Positions 42,422-51,463 of a stretch of 64,000 nucleotides of DNA are shown piece by piece. The translations under genes and the position numbers were made by a program. The stretch spans positions 32,001 through 96,000 of the forward strand of contig JAXHNB010000008.1 of NCBI GenBank assembly GCA_034520945.1, in the 5' to 3' direction. The notes under the pieces were generated by a model. That model worked only from the letters and a program-made list of their open reading frames with translations. It made no database searches and was not told the origin of the DNA. This stretch comes from Trueperaceae bacterium (GTDB lineage: Bacteria; Deinococcota; Deinococci; Deinococcales; Trueperaceae). The stretch's first letter is position 1. Every line of letters starts with the position of its first letter.

Positions 42422-43402
42422 ATGGCCGCCGAACCGACCGAAGGGTTCGACGCGCAACGCTTGCGCCACGAGGTGGAACGGTTGGCCCAGCCCGAAGGTC
42501 GGCGCGTCGGGACGCCCGGTCACGACGTCGCACAAGGGCTGCTGTCCGGCCGCCTTGCGGGCATCGGACTGGCACCGTACGGCGACGCCTTTGCGTTGCC
42601 GTACGGTGCAGGGGGTCATGCCTTCGCCAACCTGGTCGGTGTCGCGTCCGGTCGTGACCGGGAGGCACCGCCGGTCCTGATCGCAGCGCACTACGACACG
42701 GCTGGCGACTGGCCCGGGGCGGACGACAACGCGGCGGCGGTCGCGATCGCGTTGGAGGTCGCCGCGCGCCTGGTGGCCGAGCCCGCAGCGCGGGACGTGG
42801 TGATCGCCCTGTTCGACGCGGAGGAACCTCCCTTCTTCCAGACCGAGCGGATGGGCTCCGTCCACTTCTACGAGCGGCAGGCGACGGGACCGGTGCACGC
42901 CGCGCTGGTGATGGACCTGGTGGGGCACGCGCTTCCGCTGCCGGGCGTGGAGGACCTGGTGTTCGTGACGGGGATGGAGAGCGATCCCGGCCTGCAGCAA
43001 ACGATGAACGGCCTGTCCGCGCCGGAGGGGGCGCGGTTCGTGACGGCGCTGAACGCCTACGTGGGCGACATGTCCGACCACCACGTGTTCCGCCTGAACC
43101 GGGTGCCGTACCTGTTCCTCTCCTGTGGGCACTGGGCGCACTACCACGAGCCCAGCGACACGCCCGACCGGTTGGACCATTCCAAGATGGCCGCCATCGC
43201 GGGCGCGCTGGAGGAGATCACCCGTGACGTCGCGTCGCGCCGGCTGGACGGGCCGTGGGAGGGCTACGACACTACCCCGACCGACCTGGCCACCATGCGC
43301 GCGGCGTTCGGCGACGTGGCGCGCCAGATGGGGCTTCGGCTGGAGGGCCGGCGCGACATCGACCGGCTGGCCCGGCACCTGATTCAGACCATGGGGCTGT
43401 GA
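42422..43402 (+). CDS. M28 family peptidase
   Basis: AAHYD, GADDNA, FDAEE, SDH..F, YH.P.D. Confidence 0.9.
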   Translation: MAAEPTEGFDAQRLRHEVERLAQPEGRRVGTPGHDVAQGLLSGRLAGIGLAPYGDAFALPYGAGGHAFANLVGVASGRDREAPPVLIAAHYDTAGDWPGADDNAAAVAIALEVAARLVAEPAARDVVIALFDAEEPPFFQTERMGSVHFYERQATGPVHAALVMDLVGHALPLPGVEDLVFVTGMESDPGLQQTMNGLSAPEGARFVTALNAYVGDMSDHHVFRLNRVPYLFLSCGHWAHYHEPSDTPDRLDHSKMAAIAGALEEITRDVASRRLDGPWEGYDTTPTDLATMRAAFGDVARQMGLRLEGRRDIDRLARHLIQTMGL

Positions 43403-43610
43403 GCGCAGGCGCGTCTGGTCCCTGAATCCTGGCCGGTCAAGTATCGGACCGCCAGCCGCGATCCAGGGGTGGCATGCTTCAGGAACATTCGAAACGACGA
43501 AGGAGGTGACGAAAGGCCCGACACATTTCGAGATCGACAGTCGAAGGCCCACGGACTCCGGGCAGGTAGCACGTGGGCCACGTCACGAACCGCTGAAAGG
43601 AACGTAGACG

Positions 43611-44378
43611 ATGATAAACGTAGCATACGCACGTCCCCTCGTGCGCACCCTCCTCCTTACCCTCAGCCTGGTGATGCTGGCCAGTGCCTCGCTCGCGTCG
43701 GCGCAAGGTCTGGACGCGCAGCAGCCGCCGGACGGCTTCGACGTCACGCTCGTCTACATGGCGACCGGCGTGTACGACGCCGACGATCCCGGTTTCGACG
43801 CGCCCGACGGCGATACCTTCCACCGCGAGATCATGGGTCGCTCCGACGCCGAGATCGCGCAGGACCGGGCCGACGCGCTGGCGTTCTTCGAGACGCGCTT
43901 CGGCCTGAATCCCGAAGGCGACGACGGTCTGATGATGACGGACTTCATGCTCGATCCGCGCAACGAGTATCGCGCCTACGTGTCGTCCGAATCGCCGGTC
44001 CCGAGCGAAGGCTGGGTGGTGCGGGACGGCGGTTGGAACCTGTCCGTCACGGATCCGGAAGGACGTACGCTGGGCGGCGAGTTCGAAGGCACCCACGTGC
44101 CGCAGGGCGCCATGTTCGTCTACGGCGACTACAACATCGACGTTCCCGGCGACGACCCGATCGTGATCCACTACCAGTCCGGCTCCCCGATCGTGATGGG
44201 GATGGACGGCATGATGTTCCGCTGCGAGATCTCGCACCCCGAGTGGGGCACGGGCCTGGCGCAGGGCGTCTCGGCCCCCGCAATGCTCGAAGACGGTCGC
44301 ACCCACGCCAACATTCGCAACGTGCTGACCTTCCCCGGTCTCGGCGATCCCGGCGGCGTGCCCGACGCCCAGAACTGA
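43611..44378 (+). CDS. Secreted hypothetical protein
   Basis: AAAGGA RBS, signal peptide ending ASA-Q, typical codon usage. Confidence 0.75.
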   Translation: MINVAYARPLVRTLLLTLSLVMLASASLASAQGLDAQQPPDGFDVTLVYMATGVYDADDPGFDAPDGDTFHREIMGRSDAEIAQDRADALAFFETRFGLNPEGDDGLMMTDFMLDPRNEYRAYVSSESPVPSEGWVVRDGGWNLSVTDPEGRTLGGEFEGTHVPQGAMFVYGDYNIDVPGDDPIVIHYQSGSPIVMGMDGMMFRCEISHPEWGTGLAQGVSAPAMLEDGRTHANIRNVLTFPGLGDPGGVPDAQN

Positions 44379-44556
44379 CCGAGTTGCGCCATGGCCTCGC
44401 CGCGGGCATCCATCCCGTCCGCGCGTCGAGCTTCCGCGATGGCGTCTGCGTCCCCGAAGCGCCCGGTCCTGGTACCGGGCGCTTCGCTGGCGTGGGTATG
44501 GTGAGACGGACCGCCCGATCCATCTGAGTTCTCTATCGAACGAAGAAAGGTGCCCC

Positions 44557-45861
44557 ATGCGTACACTCGTCACGCTCCTCGCGACACTCTCGTTTCTCGC
44601 CGCCACCGCCCTGGCGCAGCCGTCCAACCGCATCGACGTGCAACGGCCGGACGCGCCCGAGCTGGCCGCCTACGGCCCCCACGACGTGGGCGTGCGCACG
44701 ATGAACGTCGTGGACGAGGACCGGCTCGACATCCTGGCAGCGACCGAGGGGGAGGAGATTCCCCGCTACGACCGTCCGTTGACGCTGGAGGTCTGGTACC
44801 CCGCTACGCTGGAGGACGGGACCGAGGCAGGCACGACGTACACGGTCACGACCCGCGACGGCAGCACGCAGGCCGACCTTACGGGCCGCGCCGTGCGTGA
44901 CGCGACGCCGAACGCTGGCGACGCCCCCTACCCGCTGGTGATCGTGTCGCACGGCTACCCCGGCAACCGCTTCCTGCTGTCCCACCTGAGCGAGAACCTG
45001 GCCAGCAAGGGGTACGTCGTCGCCGCGATCGATCACACCGACAGCATGTATTCCGACCAAGCCGCGTTCGCCAGCACGCTGTACAACCGGCCCCTCGATC
45101 AGCTGTTCGTTCTGGACGAGATGGAACGGTTCTCGGCCCCCGACGAGGGCTTCCTGTCCGGCCTGGTCGACGCCAGCACGACCGCCATCGTGGGCTACTC
45201 GATGGGTGCGTATGGCGCCGTCAACGTGATCGGCGGCGGCTACACCGAAGCGAGCACGCAGTTCGGGTTCTCCCCACCGAACGGCGTCCTGGCCCATCAC
45301 CAGGCCGGAACCGAGTCGTTCGAGGCGCGGCAGGACCCGCGCGTGGTGGCGGCCATCGCCATCGCGCCGTGGGGCATGAACGCGGGGTTCTGGAACGCCG
45401 AGGGCCTGGCCGGCATCGACACGCCCGTGCTGTTCATGGCCGGCAGCGTCGACGACGTCGCGGGCTACGAGAACGGCACGCGCGCCATCTTCGAGGGCGC
45501 CGTGAACGCCGATCGGTACCTGCTCACCTTCCAGAACGCCAACCACAACGCCGCCGCGCCGATCCCCGCCCCCCGCGAAGCGTGGGAGACGGGCACGTTC
45601 GACCACTACGGCGACGCGGTCTGGGACACCGTCCGCATGAACAACGTCGCGCAGCACTTCGCCACCGCGTTCCTCGCTCAGCACCTGAAGGCCGACGCGG
45701 ACATGGCGCCCTACCTCGACCTGGTCGAACGCGCCGCGGACGGCGTCTGGTCGGTCGACGACGACGGCGAATTCACCGACGAGCACACCTACTGGAAAGG
45801 GTTTCCCAACCGCACGGCCGTCGGCTTGATCCTGGAGCACGGCACGCCGCAGGGGGACTGA
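44557..45861 (+). CDS. Secreted alpha/beta hydrolase (dienelactone hydrolase/PAF-AH-like)
   Basis: Signal peptide; SHGYPG; IDH; GYSMG nucleophile elbow; GS.DDV; ANH. Confidence 0.88.
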   Translation: MRTLVTLLATLSFLAATALAQPSNRIDVQRPDAPELAAYGPHDVGVRTMNVVDEDRLDILAATEGEEIPRYDRPLTLEVWYPATLEDGTEAGTTYTVTTRDGSTQADLTGRAVRDATPNAGDAPYPLVIVSHGYPGNRFLLSHLSENLASKGYVVAAIDHTDSMYSDQAAFASTLYNRPLDQLFVLDEMERFSAPDEGFLSGLVDASTTAIVGYSMGAYGAVNVIGGGYTEASTQFGFSPPNGVLAHHQAGTESFEARQDPRVVAAIAIAPWGMNAGFWNAEGLAGIDTPVLFMAGSVDDVAGYENGTRAIFEGAVNADRYLLTFQNANHNAAAPIPAPREAWETGTFDHYGDAVWDTVRMNNVAQHFATAFLAQHLKADADMAPYLDLVERAADGVWSVDDDGEFTDEHTYWKGFPNRTAVGLILEHGTPQGD

Positions 45862-46081
45862 CCGGAGGCATTCGACGCGATCCCCGCGGTGCGTTCCGGA
45901 GGTGGAAGGGGATGGGCCGGCACGCCCGCGCCCCTTGCGCCAGACGGGGCGCCCGGGGTCGCGCACGGCCCGCCCGTTGCGCCGCGGGGCCGCGTCGACA
46001 CCTACGCTACGAGGATGATGCGACGGGGAGTGACGCCTCGCGCCCTCTGGATGCGTCGACCGGACACGGACGCCGCGCACG

Positions 46082-46098
46082 GGTATCAATCTGATACC
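46082..46098. promoter_or_regulatory. TA operator palindrome GGTATCA-ATC-TGATACC
   Basis: Perfect 7-bp arms overlapping the TACCAT -10 of the antitoxin gene. Confidence 0.7.
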
Positions 46099-46106
46099 AT
46101 GCGGCC

Positions 46107-46313
46107 ATGGCGCTGACGCTCAGGACCGACGAGGAGCTCGAGCACGCCCTCGACGTGTTGAGCAAGAAGGAAGGTTCGTCACGGCAAGAAGTCATCCGCC
46201 GTGCCGTGCTCGAGAGATTGGAGCGCGCGGGGCATCGTGAGCGCGTGGACGCAGCGGCCGACCGCCTGATCGACCGCTGGCGCGACGTGCTGGATCGTCT
46301 CGGCTCTGCGTGA
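46107..46313 (+). CDS. RHH/CopG family antitoxin
   Basis: MALTLRT...L..L...EG.SRQEVIRRAV; overlaps the toxin. Confidence 0.85.
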   Translation: MALTLRTDEELEHALDVLSKKEGSSRQEVIRRAVLERLERAGHRERVDAAADRLIDRWRDVLDRLGSA

Positions 46314-46675
46314 GCCCAGGTACGTACCTGGACGTCGAAGACCTGTTGGCGCTGACGCGGGCCCTCGCCGCCGGGCCGGTGCGGGACCTCGGGCTGTTGG
46401 ATGCGGCGTGCGCGCGGCCAAGGTCCAGCGCGTTCGGCGTCGATGCGTACACGACGCTTGCCGCGAAGGCGGCGGCGCTGCTCCACTCGATCGTTCGGAA
46501 TCACGCTCTGGTGGACGGGAACAAGCGCCTGGCGTGGCTCGCGACCGTGGTGTTCTTGGATCTGAACGGGTTCGGGGTCGACCTCAGTGATGATGAGGCG
46601 TTCGAGCTCGTCATGGAGGCGTCTCAGGGGAATCTCGATGTCGAAGCCATCGCGAGGTGCCTCGTACGCGAATGA
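46310..46675 (+). CDS. doc: Fic/Doc (death-on-curing) toxin
   Basis: RDLGLL..A..RP; NHALVDGNKR Fic motif. Confidence 0.9.
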   Translation: MSPGTYLDVEDLLALTRALAAGPVRDLGLLDAACARPRSSAFGVDAYTTLAAKAAALLHSIVRNHALVDGNKRLAWLATVVFLDLNGFGVDLSDDEAFELVMEASQGNLDVEAIARCLVRE

Positions 46676-46806
46676 GGCCTCGGCCCAGGGCTGCTGTGGA
46701 AGCACGGCCCGGCGCGAAGCCCTTGGCTACAGATCGGACCGTCTGGGTCGTGCGGTGCAGACGAGCAACGGCGGTCGAAACAGGGCGGGCATGCAGGGTG
46801 CTTTGG

Positions 46807-47226
46807 CTACCCGTCAGGCATGGGCACGGCTACCACCTCGAGTCCGTCGATCCCTGCGAAATCGTCCGGGTTCGCGGTGTAGAGCGGGAGTCCGTGAGCG
46901 AGCGCGATGGCCGCGATCATGGCGTCGAAGGCACGAGCGCGTGCCTTCCTGCCCGAGCGCCGGAGCGACGTAGCGACGGTGCCGAACGCGCGTGCAGCCG
47001 GCTCGTCGAACGGAAGAGGGTCGAAGTCGGCCTCGGCCTGTTGCAGGTGGGCTTGACGCGCCGCGCGTTCGTCGTCGGTCGTTGCCACCAGAGGCCCGAC
47101 GGTCAACTCTGCCAAGGTGATGGTCGAAATCAGCGGTTCGTGAGGTAGACGCGAGGCGTCCTTCGAGCGGGGCAATAGAATGAGCGCATTCGTGTCCAGG
47201 AGCCCTCGCGTCGCGCGTCCTTCCAC
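46807..47226 (-). CDS. vapC: VapC PIN-domain toxin
   Basis: LLDTN, STITLAEL, DAMIAAIA, T.N..DF. Confidence 0.9.
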   Translation of the reverse strand: MEGRATRGLLDTNALILLPRSKDASRLPHEPLISTITLAELTVGPLVATTDDERAARQAHLQQAEADFDPLPFDEPAARAFGTVATSLRRSGRKARARAFDAMIAAIALAHGLPLYTANPDDFAGIDGLEVVAVPMPDG

Positions 47227-47469
47227 TTAGAGAAGCGGGTCCATGATCTCGTCGATGTCGCTACGCAGACGACGGGCATCGAACGAGGGTAGATGCTGCC
47301 AGCGGAGGAGGAGCTCATCTGCCGGCAGGGCCGGACGTGGGACCGGGCGGAGTTCAGCCACGGGACGTCCAGCCCGCGTGACCGTGAGATGTTCGCCGGC
47401 GAGGACGCGTTCGATGACCTCGCGGCCGTGGTTGCGGACATCGCGAATGGTGACGTCATGCTTGCTCAT
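47227..47469 (-). CDS. Phd/YefM family antitoxin
   Basis: IRDVRNH..VI.RV..GE...VTR.GRPVA; leaderless TACAAT promoter. Confidence 0.9.
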   Translation of the reverse strand: MSKHDVTIRDVRNHGREVIERVLAGEHLTVTRAGRPVAELRPVPRPALPADELLLRWQHLPSFDARRLRSDIDEIMDPLL

Positions 47470-47476
47470 GCCGCAT

Positions 47477-47494
47477 TGTATCACGTGTGATACA
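47477..47494. promoter_or_regulatory. TA operator palindrome TGTATCAC-GT-GTGATACA
   Basis: Perfect 8-bp arms overlapping the -10 of the Phd gene. Confidence 0.7.
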
Positions 47495-47654
47495 CCGGCG
47501 GGCGTAGGTGGCGCGGGGGTCGTCCTCGAGCGAAATTCCCTAGTCGGCGTGGCCAACTCGGTACGCGCGCTGTGCGCTGTCGTTGCCGTACGTGCCCGTG
47601 ATGCTTCGCGCTTGGCTCACGTGCCCTGCTGCTCGGTCCGGAGATGGCGTGGCG

Positions 47655-47750
47655 ACGTACCCACCACTGGCTGGCGTGTTGATGCTCGAAGACATCGGCG
47701 TGATGAAACAAATATATAAAGTCGTTCGAGTCGACAAAGTCAGCGCTCGG
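47655..47750 (-). pseudogene. Degenerate PIN toxin remnant
   Basis: Reads (P)SADFVDSNDFIYLFHH..; the expected overlapping ATG is CCG; PIN similarity is lost after about 30 codons. Confidence 0.55.
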
Positions 47751-47982
47751 TTATCTCGTCGCGCGTGAAACGCCTACCCCCTGTGCGCGCGTCGCGTTGG
47801 ATGTGTTCGATGGTCGCCTTCGCCCGATCGGCTCGGGGCTCCCGGCACGCGTACTCGGCCAGCCAGCGTCGAAACGCTTCGTTCAGCGTCGTCCTCTCTG
47901 CCCGGGCACGTGCCCTCGCCGCGTCGATCAGCTCCTTTTCAGCGCTGAACGTCACGCTCTTCAGGGGTTCTTTTCGCCGCAC
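47740..47982 (-). CDS. Small antitoxin-like protein
   Basis: KSVTFSAEKELIDAARARARAERTTLNEAFRRWL...RFTRDE; leaderless TACGCT promoter. Confidence 0.75.
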   Translation of the reverse strand: MRRKEPLKSVTFSAEKELIDAARARARAERTTLNEAFRRWLAEYACREPRADRAKATIEHIQRDARTGGRRFTRDEITER

Positions 47983-48132
47983 AAGGCCAGCGTATGCGAG
48001 TTTCGTGCGACGGGCCGTTGTCTGGGGAGGTGCTCGCGGCTTGCGCGCCGCGGGTCGCGGAGGACCCCTTTGGATTGCGTTGGGCCGAGGTCGTACCCGC
48101 AGAACCCACCCCACGCATGGCAGGATCAGCCC

Positions 48133-48987
48133 ATGACCCTCGCCGCCCGTACCCGGACCTTTCTCGGGGCCGGCCACCACCTGTGGCTGGGCCTCGCGCT
48201 GATCGCTCTCTTCTGGCCGCTGAATTGGTTCCTGCCCGGTACGCCGACGATGTACCTGTTCTTCCCGTTGTGGCTGGGGTACGCGCTGGCGGTGGACGGG
48301 CTGGTGCTGCGGCGGCGAGGCGATTCGCTGTTGGTGCGCCACGGCGTGCGCGGGTACGCGATGTTGTTCGCGATCTCGGTGGTGGCGTGGTGGGCCTTCG
48401 AGGCAGTGAACGCCCGGACCGGCAACTGGGCGTACGTCGGCGCGGATCAGGTGGGGCCGGTCGCGTACGCGCTGCTGTCTTCGCTGTCGTTCTCGACGGT
48501 GATTCCGGCGGTGCTCGGCACGGCGGAGCTGGTTCGGAGCTTCGGGTGGGTCGAGCGGCTGGGACGGGGTCCGCGGATCGCGCCGACGCGGGGCGTGCTG
48601 CTTGCGTTCACCGGCATCGGCGCGGCGATGCTGGTGCTGGTGCTGGCGTGGCCGACGTGGTTCTACCCGTTGGTGTGGGGTGCGGGGTACCTGCTGCTGG
48701 AGCCGCTGAACGCGGCGCTCGGCAGGCCGTTGCTGCTGGATTGGTTGCGGCGCGGCGACTGGCGTCCGGTGGTGTCGCTCGGGTTGGGCGCGTTGATCAC
48801 CGGCTTCTTCTGGGAGTTTTGGAACTTCTTCAGCTTCCCGAAATGGACGTACCACACGCCAGGGGTGGAGTTCGCGCACCTGTTCGAGATGCCCGCGTTG
48901 GGGTACCTGGGGTACCCCCCGTTCGCGCTGGAGTTGTTCGCGCTGCTGCAGCTGCTGGCGTGGCGGCCGGTGCGGTTGCGGTTGTGA
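48133..48987 (+). CDS. Hypothetical multi-pass membrane protein
   Basis: Hydrophobic segments; WW.FE..N....NW.Y and WEFWN....KW.Y...FEMP.LGYLG internal repeat-like motifs. Confidence 0.8.
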   Translation: MTLAARTRTFLGAGHHLWLGLALIALFWPLNWFLPGTPTMYLFFPLWLGYALAVDGLVLRRRGDSLLVRHGVRGYAMLFAISVVAWWAFEAVNARTGNWAYVGADQVGPVAYALLSSLSFSTVIPAVLGTAELVRSFGWVERLGRGPRIAPTRGVLLAFTGIGAAMLVLVLAWPTWFYPLVWGAGYLLLEPLNAALGRPLLLDWLRRGDWRPVVSLGLGALITGFFWEFWNFFSFPKWTYHTPGVEFAHLFEMPALGYLGYPPFALELFALLQLLAWRPVRLRL

Positions 48988-49003
48988 ACGCTCGGTGGCG
49001 CTC

Positions 49004-49954
49004 ATGACCCGCACCACCCGCAAGGCGCAGCGCCTCACCGAGTTGGTGGACCTCCTGCAGCGCCGCCCGCGCGGGGTGGGGGAGCTGGCGCAGCGCTTCG
49101 GCGTGACGCGCCGCACCATCGAACGCGACCTCGAGGCGGTGCGGGAGATGGGCCACGCGTTGCAGGAAGAAGACCACCGCTACGCGCTACCGGTGCCCGG
49201 CGGCGGGTTGAACGAGGTGGAGGCGTTGGCGGTGCACAGCGCCACGCGCTTGCTGGTGCATACCGGCATCGGGGAGCGGCACTACCAGGCGGCGCTGGAG
49301 AAGCTGGCGCGGTACCTGCCGGAACCGGCGCGCTCGACCCTGATCGACAGCGTGGAGCGGTTGGAGCCGGCGCCGGACGACCGCAACCTGGACCTGGTGG
49401 CGCAGGCATGGTTCCAGGGGAGGGTGCTGCGCTGCCGGTACGACTCGTTCTCCAGTGGCCGGACGCGCACCTGCGAGTTGGAGATCTACTACTACGAGGT
49501 GAACCGCCGCAACCTGGACCCGTACGTGGTGGCGTACGAGCGGGTCAACGCCCAGGAGATCCGGACGTACAAGCTGGCGCGCATGCGCCAGGCGCGCCTG
49601 CTGGAGGACGCGTACCGGATTCCGGTCGGTTTCGATCCGCACGCGCACCTGTCCGGCGCCTGGGGGGTGGTGGTGGGCGAGCCGGTGCGGGTGCTTCTAC
49701 GCGCCGCGCCGTACGTGGCGCCGTGGTTCCGAGAGCGCGAGCGGCGCGACCGCTACCTGCGCATCATTGACACCTACGCCGACGGCGGCGTGAAGGTGGA
49801 GCTGAACGCCAACCTCGCACGCGGCGGCGGCACGCACGAGCTCAGCGGCTTCCTGCTCGGGTGGGGGCCCGCCATCGAGGTGCTGGCGCCGGCATCGGTC
49901 CGGGCGCGGGTGCAAGGCGACCTGCGCAAGGCGGCGGAGGCGTACGGGGAGTGA
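49004..49954 (+). CDS. HTH + WYL domain transcriptional regulator
   Basis: ELAQRFGVTRRTIERDL; YVVA; RTYKLARM; WG..IEVLAP..VR. Confidence 0.9.
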   Translation: MTRTTRKAQRLTELVDLLQRRPRGVGELAQRFGVTRRTIERDLEAVREMGHALQEEDHRYALPVPGGGLNEVEALAVHSATRLLVHTGIGERHYQAALEKLARYLPEPARSTLIDSVERLEPAPDDRNLDLVAQAWFQGRVLRCRYDSFSSGRTRTCELEIYYYEVNRRNLDPYVVAYERVNAQEIRTYKLARMRQARLLEDAYRIPVGFDPHAHLSGAWGVVVGEPVRVLLRAAPYVAPWFRERERRDRYLRIIDTYADGGVKVELNANLARGGGTHELSGFLLGWGPAIEVLAPASVRARVQGDLRKAAEAYGE

Positions 49955-50032
49955 GCGTTGGACGGGTCGGCTGAGCACGGAAGCGTGGGTTGGCAGGCCG
50001 GCAGGCGTGCCTGCGCCTGCACGGCCGGTTCG

Positions 50033-51463
50033 CTACCTCCCCCCGGGCGTGGCGCCATGGGTGGCGTCGCCGACGCCGTTGCGTGGGCGCGCCTCGCTTG
50101 GTGGCGGGACGCGCGGGAGCTGAACCGTTGCGACGGTTCGTACGCCAGGCGTGGAGGTTAGCCACACCTGACCGCCTAGGCTGTCGATGACGTGGCGCAC
50201 GATCGCCAAACCTAGGCCCGTGCCGGCCCGAGCGTGCGACCCGGTCGCGTACGGTTCGAACACCCGCTCGAGGTCTTCGGCCGGGATGCCGACCCCCTCG
50301 TCCTGGACCTCGATCGATGCGGCCTCGTCGCTTGCGTGCGTCGCGATGGTGACGCTGCCGCGATCGCCTGGCAGCGCGCGCATGGCGTTGGTTGCCAGAT
50401 TCATCAACACCTGGTGTAGCTCCCCTTCGGTCGCATGCACACATGCCCCTTCGGCGTTCAGGACGACATGTACATGCACCCCGTGCGGCTGGGACGGTCG
50501 GAGCAACGCCGCGACCTCCTGCACGAGCGGGTCGACCGCGACAGGTGCACGCTCGGCGTTATCGCGACCGAAGGCGACCATGCGGCGCGAGAGCTCGCGA
50601 GCGCGTTCGGCCGCCGTCACGACCAGGTTCAAGCGCTGGCGTTGCGTGCTCCCCGGATCGGCGCTGTCCCGGGCTGCCGTGCCTGCCGCCAGCATCGGCA
50701 CCAGGAGGTTGTTGAGGTCGTGCGCCACCCCGCTCGCCAGCGTGGCCACGGCGCGAGCCTTTCCTGCCGCCACGAGCTCGCGTTCCAGGCGCTGTCGTTC
50801 CTCCAGCGACGCCTGCAGGCGATGCGTCGCGTCATGTAGTTCTTCCGCGTGGCGCCGAAGCCCGCCGAACACATGGAGGATCGCTGAGGACAACAGCACC
50901 GCCAGGAATGTCACGCTTCCGGCGCCTGCCGCCCAGGTCGGCAGCGTGTATGGCTGACCCGGGACGCCCGGAGGGCGCGTCGTGACGCCCGTTTGCAGGG
51001 CAACACCGTAGGCGACCGCGAGCACCGCGAGCCCGCCGACCGCCGCCCATGCGCCGGGCCTCCCGAACAGCAGGGCGGCCAGTACGGGGAGCGCCAGCAT
51101 CCAGGCGAGCCCTGCGCCGATGGGGCCGGCCAGGGCGGTGAGCGCTGCCGAAAACGCGAACCACAAGGCCAGGAAGGTGACGGCCCGCGTGCGGTAGGGA
51201 AGGGCACGCCACGATGCCAAGATGCCCACGGCGGCCCACCCGAGCGTGTTGAGCACGACGATCGTCCACACGCCGTCGGAGGCGGCTGCGTACGTGCCGG
51301 GGACGTATGCGACGGCGGCGACGAGGGCCGTGGTGGTGAGCACGCCCTGCAATGCCTGGGTGCGCCAGCGGGCCAGCGCGGTCGTGGGATCGGGGACCGC
51401 GTGCGACGCGTCGGCTCGGTCGGCGCGGCCCTGGGCGACCTCAGGCGTCGACGTTCGGCGCAT
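50033..51463 (-). CDS. Membrane sensor histidine kinase
   Basis: TM segments; H box GVAHDLNNLL; N box QVLMNLATNA; DEGVGI; GTGLGL. Confidence 0.92.
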   Translation of the reverse strand: MRRTSTPEVAQGRADRADASHAVPDPTTALARWRTQALQGVLTTTALVAAVAYVPGTYAAASDGVWTIVVLNTLGWAAVGILASWRALPYRTRAVTFLALWFAFSAALTALAGPIGAGLAWMLALPVLAALLFGRPGAWAAVGGLAVLAVAYGVALQTGVTTRPPGVPGQPYTLPTWAAGAGSVTFLAVLLSSAILHVFGGLRRHAEELHDATHRLQASLEERQRLERELVAAGKARAVATLASGVAHDLNNLLVPMLAAGTAARDSADPGSTQRQRLNLVVTAAERARELSRRMVAFGRDNAERAPVAVDPLVQEVAALLRPSQPHGVHVHVVLNAEGACVHATEGELHQVLMNLATNAMRALPGDRGSVTIATHASDEAASIEVQDEGVGIPAEDLERVFEPYATGSHARAGTGLGLAIVRHVIDSLGGQVWLTSTPGVRTVATVQLPRVPPPSEARPRNGVGDATHGATPGGR

